DNA of 64,000 nucleotides from Perkinsus olseni (Eukaryota): NCBI GenBank assembly GCA_013115125.1, contig JABANN010000084.1, positions 1 to 64,000 of the forward strand, read 5' to 3'. Shown piece by piece: positions 24,773 to 36,784 of this stretch (position 1 is its first letter; each line of letters starts with the position of its first letter). The notes under the pieces were generated by a model. It saw only the letters and a program-made list of their open reading frames with translations, ran no database searches and was not told where the DNA came from. The position numbers and the translations under genes were made by a program.

Positions 24773-27700
24773 TCATACACCACAGCCCGTCAGCAAATGT
24801 CCACCACCGTTCCCATTGACTCTATCTTCACCACAGCTCATCTGCACGTATGGAAGCTTCATGAGTCAACGGCGGAGCTAGACAAAACAACTGTATCGCA
24901 GGTCAACCTAGTCGATGGACGGCGAATGTCCGACGGCCGAGTATCCGGATGAAAAGTACCTGCGGCCAGAGGATGAGATTTCGAGTGCGGTACATCTACA
25001 GCTTGCGAGGAGCGGGGATGACTATCCAACAGCCGCGGCCCTACACCCGTCCATATCCCTTTGTTTTTTCTCTTTCCGCAGCTCTTCAATCCTCACTTGC
25101 GACATGCGTTTCTTAGCCACAAGTTGGTCGTAGATCGGCCCCTGAGAGTCAGCGGCAAATGTCAAATAGAAAGTCTTTAATAGATGGTCCATCACCGCTC
25201 GAGATCGGTGAAGCTCCGACAGCCTCGCCGAGTGGGGGTCAATGCGCGGCGTGAACGTCACTTCCTCCTCCTCTGATGGTCCAGTCCGCTTGAGCCTGGC
25301 GCAGACCGCGGTTCATTCAACTGCTCGGCACAACGCTGCTTTTTGCACTCCTCTCACTCAGAATTCCTGTCCCTCACGCTAGTGGATACAAAGAGATGAC
25401 TGGAAGGCTTTCTAGATAGTTTGAGTTTGTAGTCAATGGCAGCGATGAAGTTCTCAAGGCTGACAGCCTCGCCTGAGTCCTCGACATAGGAGACTATATG
25501 TGACACCTGAAAATGAGGAACCAAGCGAACGAGCGTACTAGATTCATCGGCGGAGCTGTGCGCCCCTTCCCTACCAGGTCCCTCTCCTTCTCATCGTCAA
25601 CAACGCTCTTGTTGAGAGTAGCCGGGTTGATCCACTCACTCGGATCATCAGACCCCGGGAGACCTGAGGTCGAAAAGGTTTGCGGCCATCCACCGCGTCT
25701 GGTGACACATACATACACAATGCAGTATATACTGAATCAGTATCTAATACCCGAACACGCGCTCCACCTGAGCACCTCGATGAGGCGACCTCACAGCGAC
25801 GTGTGGCCAAGCTCACAAGCACTCTGGAAGCGGTGCTGGACCCTGCCGCCTACGACGCCTAGCCAATTGGTGACATTGAATCGAAGCCACTGGTGACGAC
25901 GCGGCATCGAACGCCACGCGATGTCAGGAGGTAGATCTCAATGCATCATCTGTGTACGAAGCCGCCGAGGAAGACGGCCACAGACAGCACTAACAAGCTC
26001 AGAGTAAAAGGCACCAAACCTCTAGAGGTCGCTGACATCGACTACACCGGTCCCTATGATAGGACGAGCAGCTCCCCAATGGCTGTGGTTATGGTCTGTC
26101 CTCGACTGGTACCGGGCCCTGAGCTCTCTATTCTGGTGCACTGTCTCTCCCTCTCGTTCCATGAAGCTGGATTCCCGTCCATTCTCTGCTGCGACCGTGA
26201 CAGCATCATGATCTTTGACAAAGATTCTTCGTAACTATGAGAGTATCCTACCAAGATCTTTGGTCTATAACAACACCAATTCTGTCGAGGCAACTCAATG
26301 CGTCAAGAGAATCCTCTTCACTCTCCCCAATACGTCGACAAGATCGGACTCCGATCCGCCGCCGACGGAGCGGAGCGACGGACCGTCCAACGGATCCGTT
26401 ATCTCGCTCGCCTATAGCGCTCGAAACTGCCACTGCCAACAAATTCCCACCATGATACGGGGATAGAAATTTGACTCGGGACTTGGGAGTCGACATTTCC
26501 AAGTCGAGTACATCGACTTCTGGACCGCCACGGCGCCGTACCAAGCCCACGAGCTTGAAATCATTGGTCGTCCGCCAGTGGCAGATGTTCTTGATTAGAA
26601 TTCGGATACTTCTCCGTGCAATGCCCGCCACTGTGCTCGTCACCCATCGCATCTTGCTATTCATATCAGTCATGGCCACAGGGGTAGCCCTGCAGGCCAA
26701 CCCTTCCCAGGTAAGAAAGCACGCGTGCGAGAATAACAGACACTGAAATGATGATGATGCCAGCATCCCGTTCCGTGGTCGGAGGCCGCAGCCCCGCTGC
26801 TTAAGCCGATTGTTACTATTCATCACCAAATACAGGATGAACCAGGGAGAGATTGGGACGAAGACTGGGTCCCTGTCCTTCATTAGCAACGTTGCACACT
26901 TCGATACGAAGACTTGGTCGTGGAAGCTACAGTGGACGCTTTGGGAGTCCCCCCATGGGGACAATATGATAAAATTGAGATCTTTAGATCGATCGAGTTG
27001 AAAGAGAAAAGGATCATTAAAAGCATCACATACATGTGGGGCCTCATCGTCTCAGCTATCTAGTTTAAATCATCAACCTATGCTCATGTTTTCAGGCCGG
27101 GAGATTCTGTGATCTTCGGAACTCTGCATGATTGGCATGATGATGCAAAACAAAAGAGAGGAGCCGAGGTTGCGAAGGAGACGAAGGAGATAACTCTCAC
27201 TGACAGGCTGGCAGCCAATTATCCCCTGTCTTCGCTGTGGGCTCCCGCCGAGACCATTTTCAAAGCTAATGTGACGGAGCATACGTGCGCACAGTTTGCC
27301 AGCTACATCGAGAATAACCCGCGCAGTCCGTTCAAGAATGAAGGGGGAATGCCCTGGCTTTACCAGTTCATGTTCGACCCGAGCTTTGATAGATATGAAG
27401 GGTATTGAGGGGCAGGTAAAAGGAGAAGCAGTAGTGTGATAGAAGATGTTCTCTTGTGATGTGCATGATAATCATAATGGTGATGATGTTTTTGATAGTA
27501 CCACACCTCTCTTCGTTCGAAAGTTCCAATTGCCGGCAACCCATCGATCCACCAAGGATGTTGGGACTACAGCCACAGGAGCTTCGCCCAAACCGAATGA
27601 AATTGGAAAATCAGGAAGCGTTCGGAAGATGGCCACTCACGGATGAACATACCAAAGGTCTACCAAGCCACCTAACGCGATGTGCTCTATCCCATCGTGA

Positions 27701-30700
27701 CGAGCTTGCGGGTGATCTGGCTAAACGACAGACTGTCGTCAACAGGGTAGCAACAACACTTGCCAGCCCGCTAAACCCGTTGGATTCTCATGCTAAAATG
27801 TGCTCGAGAGCACATCTCATCTCAAAACGACTGACAACTACGGAGTTCGCAGTACGGAGTGTTGCATGGAGACATCTGTATTTCCCCACAACTCAAATTC
27901 TACGAGCTGGGGTGCAGGTGAAGGCGAAAAGACTTTCCTAGTGAATTACTGTATTTGCTCTGTCGGATGATGCTCACCTCCCAAGGCTCGATACAGTCTC
28001 TCATACTTCTCCATCTTCTTCCGCTCTAAAATCTCCCTACTTCTCCCCAACGCTTTAGTCTCCGATGACAACTCCTTCGCTGCCTGCATACCATCGCCTC
28101 AATTCTCCAAGTGAAGGCCTACCTTAATGGCCGCCGACTCGGACTCCGCTGCTCGCTTCTTCAGCTCCGCGGACTCGCTGAACAGTCTCTGACGAACGGC
28201 ACTCCCATAATCGCTCGCACAGCACAGACTTACGTCGAAAATATCACTCGACCGAGTCGTTGTCCTCGAGCCACTCCGAGCTTCTGACCGTCTGGCAGAT
28301 TGCCCTGGGGAGTCGAACAATAACCGCTCTCTCGGAGTGCTGCCCGGAAGACTATCATCGCCTGAGAAATGATTTAGGTATTCGCAGTCTCTCAGAAGAA
28401 CCCGTCCGTTCGAATGCTACCAGCGGGCGTCACTCCACTAGAGGTGACCCAGCGTGGCGACGGAAACCGCGGCGAGCCGCTATCAGAGACTGTGCCTGCG
28501 CATGGTTAACAGCTCGATTGACCCAGAGTGAACAACGTCCTACTCGCGGTTGGTTGCCTCAGCACACAATGGCCATCCCTTAGAGCTCCGTGCGAGGCAA
28601 GAGAGCCAGGCCGCGGAGATGCTGCACGCTTGCTGGATCTGGCTTAATGATGTCCATCCAACTCCTCGATAGCTCGAAACTACTCACGAAAGTCTCCTGA
28701 AGAACATCTCCCTAGTCTCGTCGTTGGACGGTCGGTCATGCGCCGAGCCGATATCCGGCACAAACGTTGCCTCCTCGGGTAGATAGCTCTTCCATTGCTC
28801 CCGCCGTACCTAAAACGCGTAATAGGTCCTTGGTCACCTAAGATGAATGAATGACAATGAAGGCGTGCTCACCTTTCTCTGGAAAGCATCTTGATAGAGC
28901 GTCTCAAAGGGGCTTCTATTTTTTCGGAAGGGATTCCTCCGCTGCGCAATTAGCAAAGATTGCTGGTTGATGTGGGGCCTGAAGAGAACTGCAATGACGA
29001 GAAGCTACACTCAACATCGCCACTGGTCGCAAGAACAACGTCTCCGCCATCAGCAGCAGCAGACCATGTAAGGGCGTCGTAAGGGCCTGCCTTCGAGCAA
29101 TTCAGCCCCCACACTCCAGGAGGCGCCAACGATGACTCATCGTCGATAAGGTTGGTCAGCTCGGGGAAGCGGCATGAAAAAGGGGTTGCGAAGGAGAAAG
29201 CGGCGTACTTAGAGCCGCCACAGTCAAACCTCACATGAAAGAGCATTCCTTCATCCGCTGTTCCTCGATTTCCGACCTCAAACGTGCTGCCCTCTCGTCT
29301 TTCCACTTCCGCCGTGCTGCTTCCTACCCCCAAAACAGGCTCTCAGCTAGTTGAATAAGCGTGCAGAAACAGAGCTACGATACAACCATCCCTCATTATG
29401 AGTCATAATTTATGACGTCGTTCGGAGCTACAGTCGGGCCGCCATATTCTTACATCGGATGAGTCGGCCATCGATTGATTCAGCCGACTAACCCCCGGAC
29501 ATACTCGCTGGCTCGTATCTGCGACCATAGCCTGACGGGAAGCCCGAGCACATGAACTCACCAATAGCTGGCTTAAACGTGACTCCTCGAAGTTCCGCTT
29601 CTTCTCGCTCAGCCATGTGGTCCCGCTGGAGGTTCACGAGGTTTCGGATTTTCCTGGCTCGCGGGAGGTCTCGTAAACACACTCTCCATGTGAGCGTACC
29701 TCTCATGCATCCTATAGAGGCGGTGTCCCGGCGAGTCAGGTTGCCTCGTCACCTTAGGTCTGCGAAAAAATGTTACGCTTAGATACAACCGAGCCGAGCC
29801 TACTGCACCGCGGATAACAGGGCGCTCACAGACGGCGAGAGCAGGTGGCGCCTCGGCGGCCTCAAGTTCATCACCTCCTTGGCGATTGGGACTTTCTTTC
29901 ATCTTCCAGTTGCTCTTTCAGCTTGACCAGCCGTTGTTGCTTGATCTCAGCATGCTCATGAAGCTTCGTGAAAACCGACGAGCTTCGCTCCGCCCTCTGA
30001 TCGAGCTTTTTCTTCGTCTCTGCTAATAACAACTCAGCAGGACTCGCATGAACGGAGATTTCACCAGCTTTGGCAGGCGGCCCCCGTCGTCCTCCCAGCC
30101 CGCTCCTCAGTCCTCCTCGCCCCCTGCTCCTTACACCACTCCAAAGACGGTCAGCGCTGGCCCTCCATCTGCCTCCTCCCTCATCGCCTCTTTTGTCCTT
30201 ACAACGCAGACGTTCGATGCTCAACGCTGTACAGGAAGCCTCACCGGCTCAGTAGGGACGGCAGTCAATGGCCTCCTGCGAGGTGCTGACCCAAGCGGTG
30301 GGGAGTCCTCATTCGGCGATGGTACACGAAGGACTGGGGATGAGCCTGTCATGGTGACTGCTCACTCCCCAATGCAACGCCATCGAAATCATCATGAGGC
30401 TCCGCTCGAGAGGCGTGTCAGCAGCGATTAGGCGAAGCCGCTTACGATGTTCCACGCCTCTCAGATCGAACTCTATTTTATCCTCCTCGGGCTCCTCTCC
30501 TACCATTCTGGAGGGACGACCCAGCAAACGTAAATCTTCGTGTATTTTCTCGGTCAAGGGGACTGAACGCACCGGTTCCTGTCAGTTTCCACCAAGCCCT
30601 CGCCGATACTTGCTAGCTCGAGCGGTAGGCCATTGTCCTGTACGAACTGCTCGGCCAATCGCTCGATATCATCTCCTTCTTGGACCATGATGATGGACTG

Positions 30701-31221
30701 TGGCCTGGTCGGGCTGATCTCAACCACGACTCGTAGTATCGGTTCTGAAGCCGCAATCATCCAGCTGCAGAGAGGTATTAGAATGGTGATGAGTTGCTGT
30801 GTACAATGATGGTGTACTCTAAGTCCGACAAGAGGACCTATAACTTCCTAGCATGGAGTCGCTATGTTAGGTTACGTAGGTCAGGTAGGCCCTACGCTCT
30901 ACGCCCCTTCAACCGCGCTCCAAGTACCAGCATGAATATCGTGATTACTTGCTAGCCCTCGGCCGGTATAAGGACTCACTCACCTCTTGGCTGTGGCGAG
31001 TGACTCCCTCTCATCTCGCCGCATTCCTCACTAAATTCAGCCTCCTCTTCTGCCCCGATCTGTTGCAGCAGCATCGATGAGCTCCCCATCGAGCAGCTGC
31101 GGCGGAAACTATCATCCCTCCTCGCCATGGTGGGTGTTGGCACTGTCCACACTGGCCAGGATTCATTCTGTATCGCTTCCGAGGGATTCGCCAAGGATTC
31201 CTCAAGCGTCGGACGAGCCAT
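24773..31221 (-). CDS. Coiled-coil protein with repeated (E/G)xTFxP motifs, multi-exon, containing a ~2.3 kb intron; 3' end approximate
   Basis: Start MARPTLEESLANP at 31221; EPILRVVVEISP..VQEGDDIERLAEQFVQDNGL domain; repeats GVTFKPAI, LFRPHIN, EATFVPDI, EVTFTPRI and GCTFHP interspersed with F/Y-x-x-L-Y/H helices. Confidence 0.6.
25750..26400 (+). mobile_element. Degenerate LTR-retrotransposon integrase remnant inside an intron
   Basis: CIIC (zinc-finger half, frameshifted) near 25942, then PLEVADIDYTGP and FHEAGFPSILCCDRDS, matching the two Asp motifs of a DDE/rve integrase core. Confidence 0.7.
26621..27408 (+). pseudogene. Nested predicted secreted-protein gene, probably pseudogenised, antisense within the host intron
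   Basis: Signal peptide MPATVLVTHRILLFISVMATGVALQA and intron 26711-26763, then a single reading frame to 27408. It has one in-frame TAG at 26884-26886; a second TAG is removable by a 60 nt intron at ~27036-27095. Confidence 0.55.
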
Positions 31222-31334
31222 TGGTAATTTGGCTATTGGAGCCAGCGGGAATCTTCCCCATTAACAACAACTATACACATGAACGATGACATAGTATGAA
31301 ACTTCGTTGTAAATTTTGTTGCAAAATCAATCAC

Positions 31335-33875
31335 TCAAGCTCCCGATGCCCCCGGTCTCCTCCTCGCCATTTTGCTCTGGCTCAGCGTCAGACACCTGAC
31401 TATCACTGATAAATAGGGTTCTACCGGCAGCAGCACTACCTTCGTCGCAGTGGCCGCCACCGCCGATGACATCCACGGTAAAGGCGCTTTCTCAGTAACA
31501 CGTGGCTCTTCCTCTGCCGCCTTGCGATCATTCCGAGGCCTGACGAGAGTCGTGAACAGCATAAGCTCTCAAATGTAGCCAACGCGGCCTCCCTACCCTG
31601 CCTCCTGCTGCGCTTTGTCGGTACTGAGCGAATTTCCTCTTGACTCTTGAGAGAGCAATTCTAAAGCTTTTTTGACATCAGCCACCTCATCTTCGCTCCC
31701 ATTTCCCACCGATGGACTCCATACAAGATACGATCTGTCAAACAATACAATCGATCAAGCGGGCGTGCGCTCAGGAACTCGGTGGTGTAAAAAGTAACTC
31801 GGACTACCCTTCCTCCTTAAACCCAACTCGCTCCATGAACTTCCTCGCCGGTGAGCCCGCTTCCAATTGGGCTTGGAAGCGAGGCGTACGCAAATTGACT
31901 CGTCTGAACTTGTCAGACTTCGGGTTGTTGACCTACATAGCCGTCATAACACAGTCAGTACAAGGCGGGGGGAACACCCTTATTGACGGTGGACCTCTGA
32001 CAGCTAGCTAACCTTTCTGTAGCATACCCGGTCGCAGAATCCCCACATGACGAGAAACGGCGGCGGATCCCATGCGGCATTTAACGTTTGGCATCAATTT
32101 GTTCTACATTAGACTAACATTGGAAGAGATTGTATGTTCATACCAACTCATGGATGAATGAGACTCATGAGACTCATGTATTCATTCATGTTGTAACATT
32201 GGATGAATGTCATTTTCAGACAGCCAGAATTGCTTCGCCGGAGCATAGCCGCTCGTGTACTACATTCCATTGCCAAATAACGAGATGACACGAGCAACTC
32301 ATAGACTGCACTGGAAGGCGTCCAGTGGACGTTAGGTATAACATTGTTCTACTCTAAACAAACGTTAAAAGAGCTCACAAGAGCGACGTTCAAACCGTGA
32401 AGGCCTTTTGGCATCCTTGAGTAACATGCCAGCACAATAATGTACTACAGTTGCCGGATGCGAGCCTTCTCCCTTGGACTACCAAGTTCCCCAATAGCAT
32501 TTTTGCAGTGCCTTTCATCCTCTCGTCCATCTTCTCGGCAATACCAGCTAAGTCCACCTCCTCCCCTGGTGAGAGCGACGACTCCATAGTCTCAGGCTCA
32601 CTCCCGACAGTCGTCGACGGTTCAACAGACGCTCTAACACCTGCAAGCAAATAAGCTCCTCTCGCTTCGCTCCGCCCTCGCCAACTAACCATTTTCAGCA
32701 GTCCTGCTCGGTTCCTCCTCTTCATCATCCATCACGATACCACCCGCTTTCATCGGACTTTTCCAACTCTCCCGAGCTTCGCTCCGCGAAATTGTCGCAG
32801 CGGTGATCTGATAGCGCAGCAAGGCACCCTGGCAATGATTTTCTCCGACCAAAATCAAAGTTTTACTTCCTTCAAGGCCATGATAAGATCTGCGTGCTGC
32901 TTCAGTTGATTTTTCTGCATCTCCTCCAACATCTTCACCAGCCGGTCATCTCGACTCTCGCCTCCGTTCTCTTTCTCGCTCTTCTCTTCCACCACCTTCA
33001 ACCAACACTGTGGGAGGCCTATCAAGGCGGACGGTCTACCCGTTCCGCTTTCCGTTCCCGTTCGCGTGCCAGCAGCTCCATCAGAAGTCTGTCTCGTTCG
33101 GCCGCTGTATCAGTACTCCCTGAATAATAGACTGCGCCACCAATTGAAAGGCTAGTACTACCCGTGTGCTGCCGAGCTGCTTGCTGTTGCTGGTCTTGCC
33201 GAGCTCGGTTAAACAACCACCAGCCAGCCATGAGAGCTGTCCCCGCACCCACGACAGTCTGAGACGTACCTCTACCGCAATGAGGAGCGCCCGCACGTGA
33301 CAATTACTTTGAGGAGGGTGAGCCAGGTGGGCTCTGAGGGCGGCAATGGCGGAGGTGGTGGAGGCGGGAAGTACCTACGATAATATGGATCTGTGCAGGG
33401 ATAGTGTCGCTCCAAACGCTCCGTTGTCGCCCACTAGCGACCACTAGCCCTCGTTACACAGGCTGCAACTGCACCCCGCTAGGTATGGCAGGTGAAGACG
33501 TCGGAGGAGCAGTCTGGTTAGCCGAAGCATCCAGGCGTTGGAAGGAAGCGTCTGATGGGAGACTAGGACGTCCCTTTTGTCTCTCTACTGAACCTACTTA
33601 TTTCGGCATCGGTCAAGCCTTTAGTCCGGAGGAACTGCTCCTTTTGGGCTCTACTGCTAGTCGATGCTATCGTCCGCGGGTCGCTGAGGAACTTCATGGC
33701 CATCGCCACCTGACTGGCTACCATTAACAACACAACTTGAAGGACTCCTTACCTGATCTTCTCGAAGGTTAGGGAAGGAATGGGCCGAGGCGACAGCCAA
33801 GGGCTTGGGAGAAGGCTCCGCCGTGGTCTCAACCGACTCAGGCGTATCCTTTTTCTCAAGGGAGGGCTCAGACAT
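31335..33875 (-). CDS. PEX14: Peroxin-14-like protein with apparent C-terminal PUB domain, multi-exon
   Basis: LREDQVAMAMKFLSDPRTIASTSSRAQKEQFLRTKGLTDAEI matches Pex14_N, followed by a poly-Pro tract, a hydrophobic segment and a coiled coil. Downstream VNNPKSDKFRRVNLRTPRFQAQL..FMERVGFKEEGSYLVW matches a PUB domain. Confidence 0.75.
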
Positions 33876-33982
33876 GTGCGTCAACTCAACATGAAAGTGC
33901 TTAGATGGATCGATTACAAGGGCGCGCGCTTCTGTATTTTGACAGTGGTCGGATGATGATGCTACACTGAACACGTTGAAAG
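33876..33982. promoter_or_regulatory. Divergent (bidirectional) promoter / strand-switch interval
   Basis: 107 bp between the head-to-head ATGs of the PEX14-like gene (33875, -) and AC19 (33983, +). Confidence 0.55.
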
Positions 33983-34386
33983 ATGTCGTCTAAGGAGTCG
34001 ACTGAGGATCTCTGCGGCACTTATCAGTTGAAAAACGAGGACCATACTCTCGGCAACTCGGTCCGGTACGTCTTGTCCAAAAAGTAATATTGGAGAGGTG
34101 TGGTATTACTCTTCTCACTAGCGCCCTCGGGGAGCTAATTTTACGGCTAAGGGAATCTTGAGGTTGATTCTGGTCATTTTCAGTCCCAAGGTCGACTTTG
34201 CCGGATACTCAGTCCCTCACCCTAACGAGCCCTTCGTTAACGTAGTAGCCCTTTCGCCCAGCTGTAGCTCTCAGTACCGCCTTTCAGATCCGTGTCCAGA
34301 CCTATCCTGGCACTACTGCGGATGATGCTATGATTTGGGCGTTGGAGGAGCTGGATGTTATGTTCAATACCATTCAGAAAAAGTAA
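33983..34386 (+). CDS. POLR1D: RNA polymerase I/III shared subunit AC19 (RPAC2), 3 exons; 3' end may extend
   Basis: CGTYQLKNEDHTLGNSVRYVLSKNPKVDFAGYSVPHPNEPFVNIRVQT is the RPB11/AC19 signature, with AC19-type GYSVPHP..IRVQT. Confidence 0.88.
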
Positions 34387-34803
34387 TAATACCAGAGAGT
34401 ATCCTGGGGAATGAAGGCTTTTCGACCACCGTGCGTTCGCACAGTGTCAAAGTGTCGGCGAGTCACTGGTGACCAGTGTAGTCCTGCACGATTTGCTACT
34501 CTTTTCATCGGTTGTAGTGAGTCCTGCCGTTTATCGTAGGACGAACTCAGGTACACCTCCGCAATGAACCGTTATCGTAGGAAGCATGCCGAGGAAGAGT
34601 AGAGGGACTCATCAATGCCCCGTGGCTATACTAAGATCGCCAAACGTTTCTCCCTGTTGCGGTGGTACTTTAGTTTGCTTCGCTCCGCCTGCATTTTCCT
34701 ACCTAGTATTCATCTCTGTTCGCATACTGTTAAACATGATCCGCACCGAGAACTTCTTCGAGGACGAGAAGTCGTCTCCATTGATGGCACGGTACTTCTA
34801 CTG

Positions 34804-36399
34804 ATGGCCGACAGCGGCGGTGTTCACGCGATAGTATGTTTATTAGGAACCTTCACAACTACCTCTCGGAGAAGAACGCCGAGGAGGTTATCGCCCGAGT
34901 GAAGGGATGGGCTGACTATCTCCCCGAGTCGGGTGCTTGTGAGGCCGGCAAGTTCTGTGATGAGCCCGAGCTTGTGCGTATCTTCGAGCGGGATGCTGAG
35001 CGAACGTAAGATACCTTTTCGGCGTTTGGATGGAACTTAGTGGTTTGTCTAGGTACGTTACGCCCGACCGGACGTCTTCGACGGATCCTGCCGTTGTAGA
35101 GAAGCTCAACGCCTGTAAGAAGCGTATTGAGGAGAGGCAGAGGAGGCACATCGATACGCTTCGAATGGCTGCTGTCGAGACCCAGGATTACCATCAGGGC
35201 ATGGGGTAATACGCCTGGGCAGCAGTAGCTTTGTCGCCGTCATCATCGCTCTGTAGTTACATAGCGGCCTTCCTCGGTCTGTTCCTCTCTCCTGAGGAGG
35301 CGGCTGGTGTGGTACTCGCCTTACATCGCTCCGAGAAGCACTCTGCTGGCTACTTCAAGGGAGCCCCGCAAGCATTCTTGGCCGATTGCCGAGTGTTTGG
35401 CGAACTTATGCAGAAGCGGATGCCTCAGGTAAGCCGGGAGTGGAAGCCCGGCTAGTACCGGCTGGATTGTCCTCCTTCTTTCAGTTGCACGCTCACTTGA
35501 GCTCGAAGGGCATCTTGCCGGAGATGTACTGCAGCAAGTGGTTCATTGGTCTTGGCCTTCACGTAATTCACCATCTTCGTCGGGTCGATTGGTGTAATGA
35601 CGTTCCTCAGGTTTTGCCCTTTGAGGCCCTCTTGGACTTCTATGAGCTCTACTTCGAGCACGGCGTGGAAGGGTATCTTTTCAAGTTCGCCTTGATGTAC
35701 ATGCAGGTGATGAGCTTGAGCTGCGCCAGCATGTCGAGAGAGTATCTTTTTTATTCTTAGACTTTCGAGAACATCCTTATGGAGTGCAAAGATACTCACT
35801 CGGTGATGACCATCTTGAGGGCGGAGGATCCCGCCTGTGACTGGAAGTTGCCGAAGCAGTTGGCTGAGCTTGAGGAGAAGGATAAGGTTTTCGAGGAGAT
35901 TGTAATAGTGATGTTATTAATTTTTAGAGGCTTGACGTTTGCTCCAGGTTAACGATGCTTTGTCGATTGATTTGGCCGAGTTTGACTTGCCTAAGATGCG
36001 AGCTGAGCGCCGTGCCCAGGTAGCGGCCGAGGTGGAGAGAGCTAAGCAGAGAGAGCAGGAGCTCAAGGATATGTAATTACCCCGTTGGGAGGGTTGCAGG
36101 GTTGTTGTTGTCTTTCTGGTATATAGTGGAGCATCGCCATCACTCCGTATTATGGCTGCGTCCCGTCTCCTTGTAGCGGTAGGTGTACGCCTGTAGTGAC
36201 GGCGCTTGTAGCGAATACGGAGCTGCCGCGCTGGTCGCATTTGTATGTGAACTTCTTCCACGACTTCGTTTATGTTGCATCACCTCGTTTTGTTCGAACT
36301 TCGTCTTTACTTCCGGAATGCCCTTGGGAGGTTCATGGTTGTCGCCCATTCAGGTACGGTGACGATGAGATTGTTTTCTCTGATGAAGAGGATGATTAA
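34804..36399 (+). CDS. TBC-domain Rab GTPase-activating protein, multi-exon; start uncertain
   Basis: DYHQGMGYIAAFL (Q-finger) and LHAHLSSKGILPEMYCSKWFIGLGLHVLPFEALLDFYELYF..YLFKFAL; ends DDEIVFSDEEDD*. Confidence 0.85.
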
Positions 36400-36784
36400 A
36401 TTAGCTATCATGTAAGAAGTAAAATTATCGTATATTCCCCTGAAACAGGTTAGTAGTATAATTGCCGCTGTTTCTATTCGTATCACTGTCATCAACCCCA
36501 TCACCAACAAGCTCATCCTATTACTAAGCATATCCTCTCGCTGCTGCTTATTGTACCGATGGCTATCGCCAGCGTGGTTGGTAGTCCTGAAGTAGTATTA
36601 CTACTCGTTCTCGAAGTTAATGTAACGTAAACGGTAATAGTAATGATATATCGACAACAATGGTTTCTAGTAGTATCGGAGAAGTCATCTGAGTTGTGAG
36701 GGCCTTGGTGGAGTTGGCGATTTTTATTAGGGCGTGGGTTCAATTCTCGGTGGGGGTACCCCGATTTCAGTGGTTTTGATTGCA

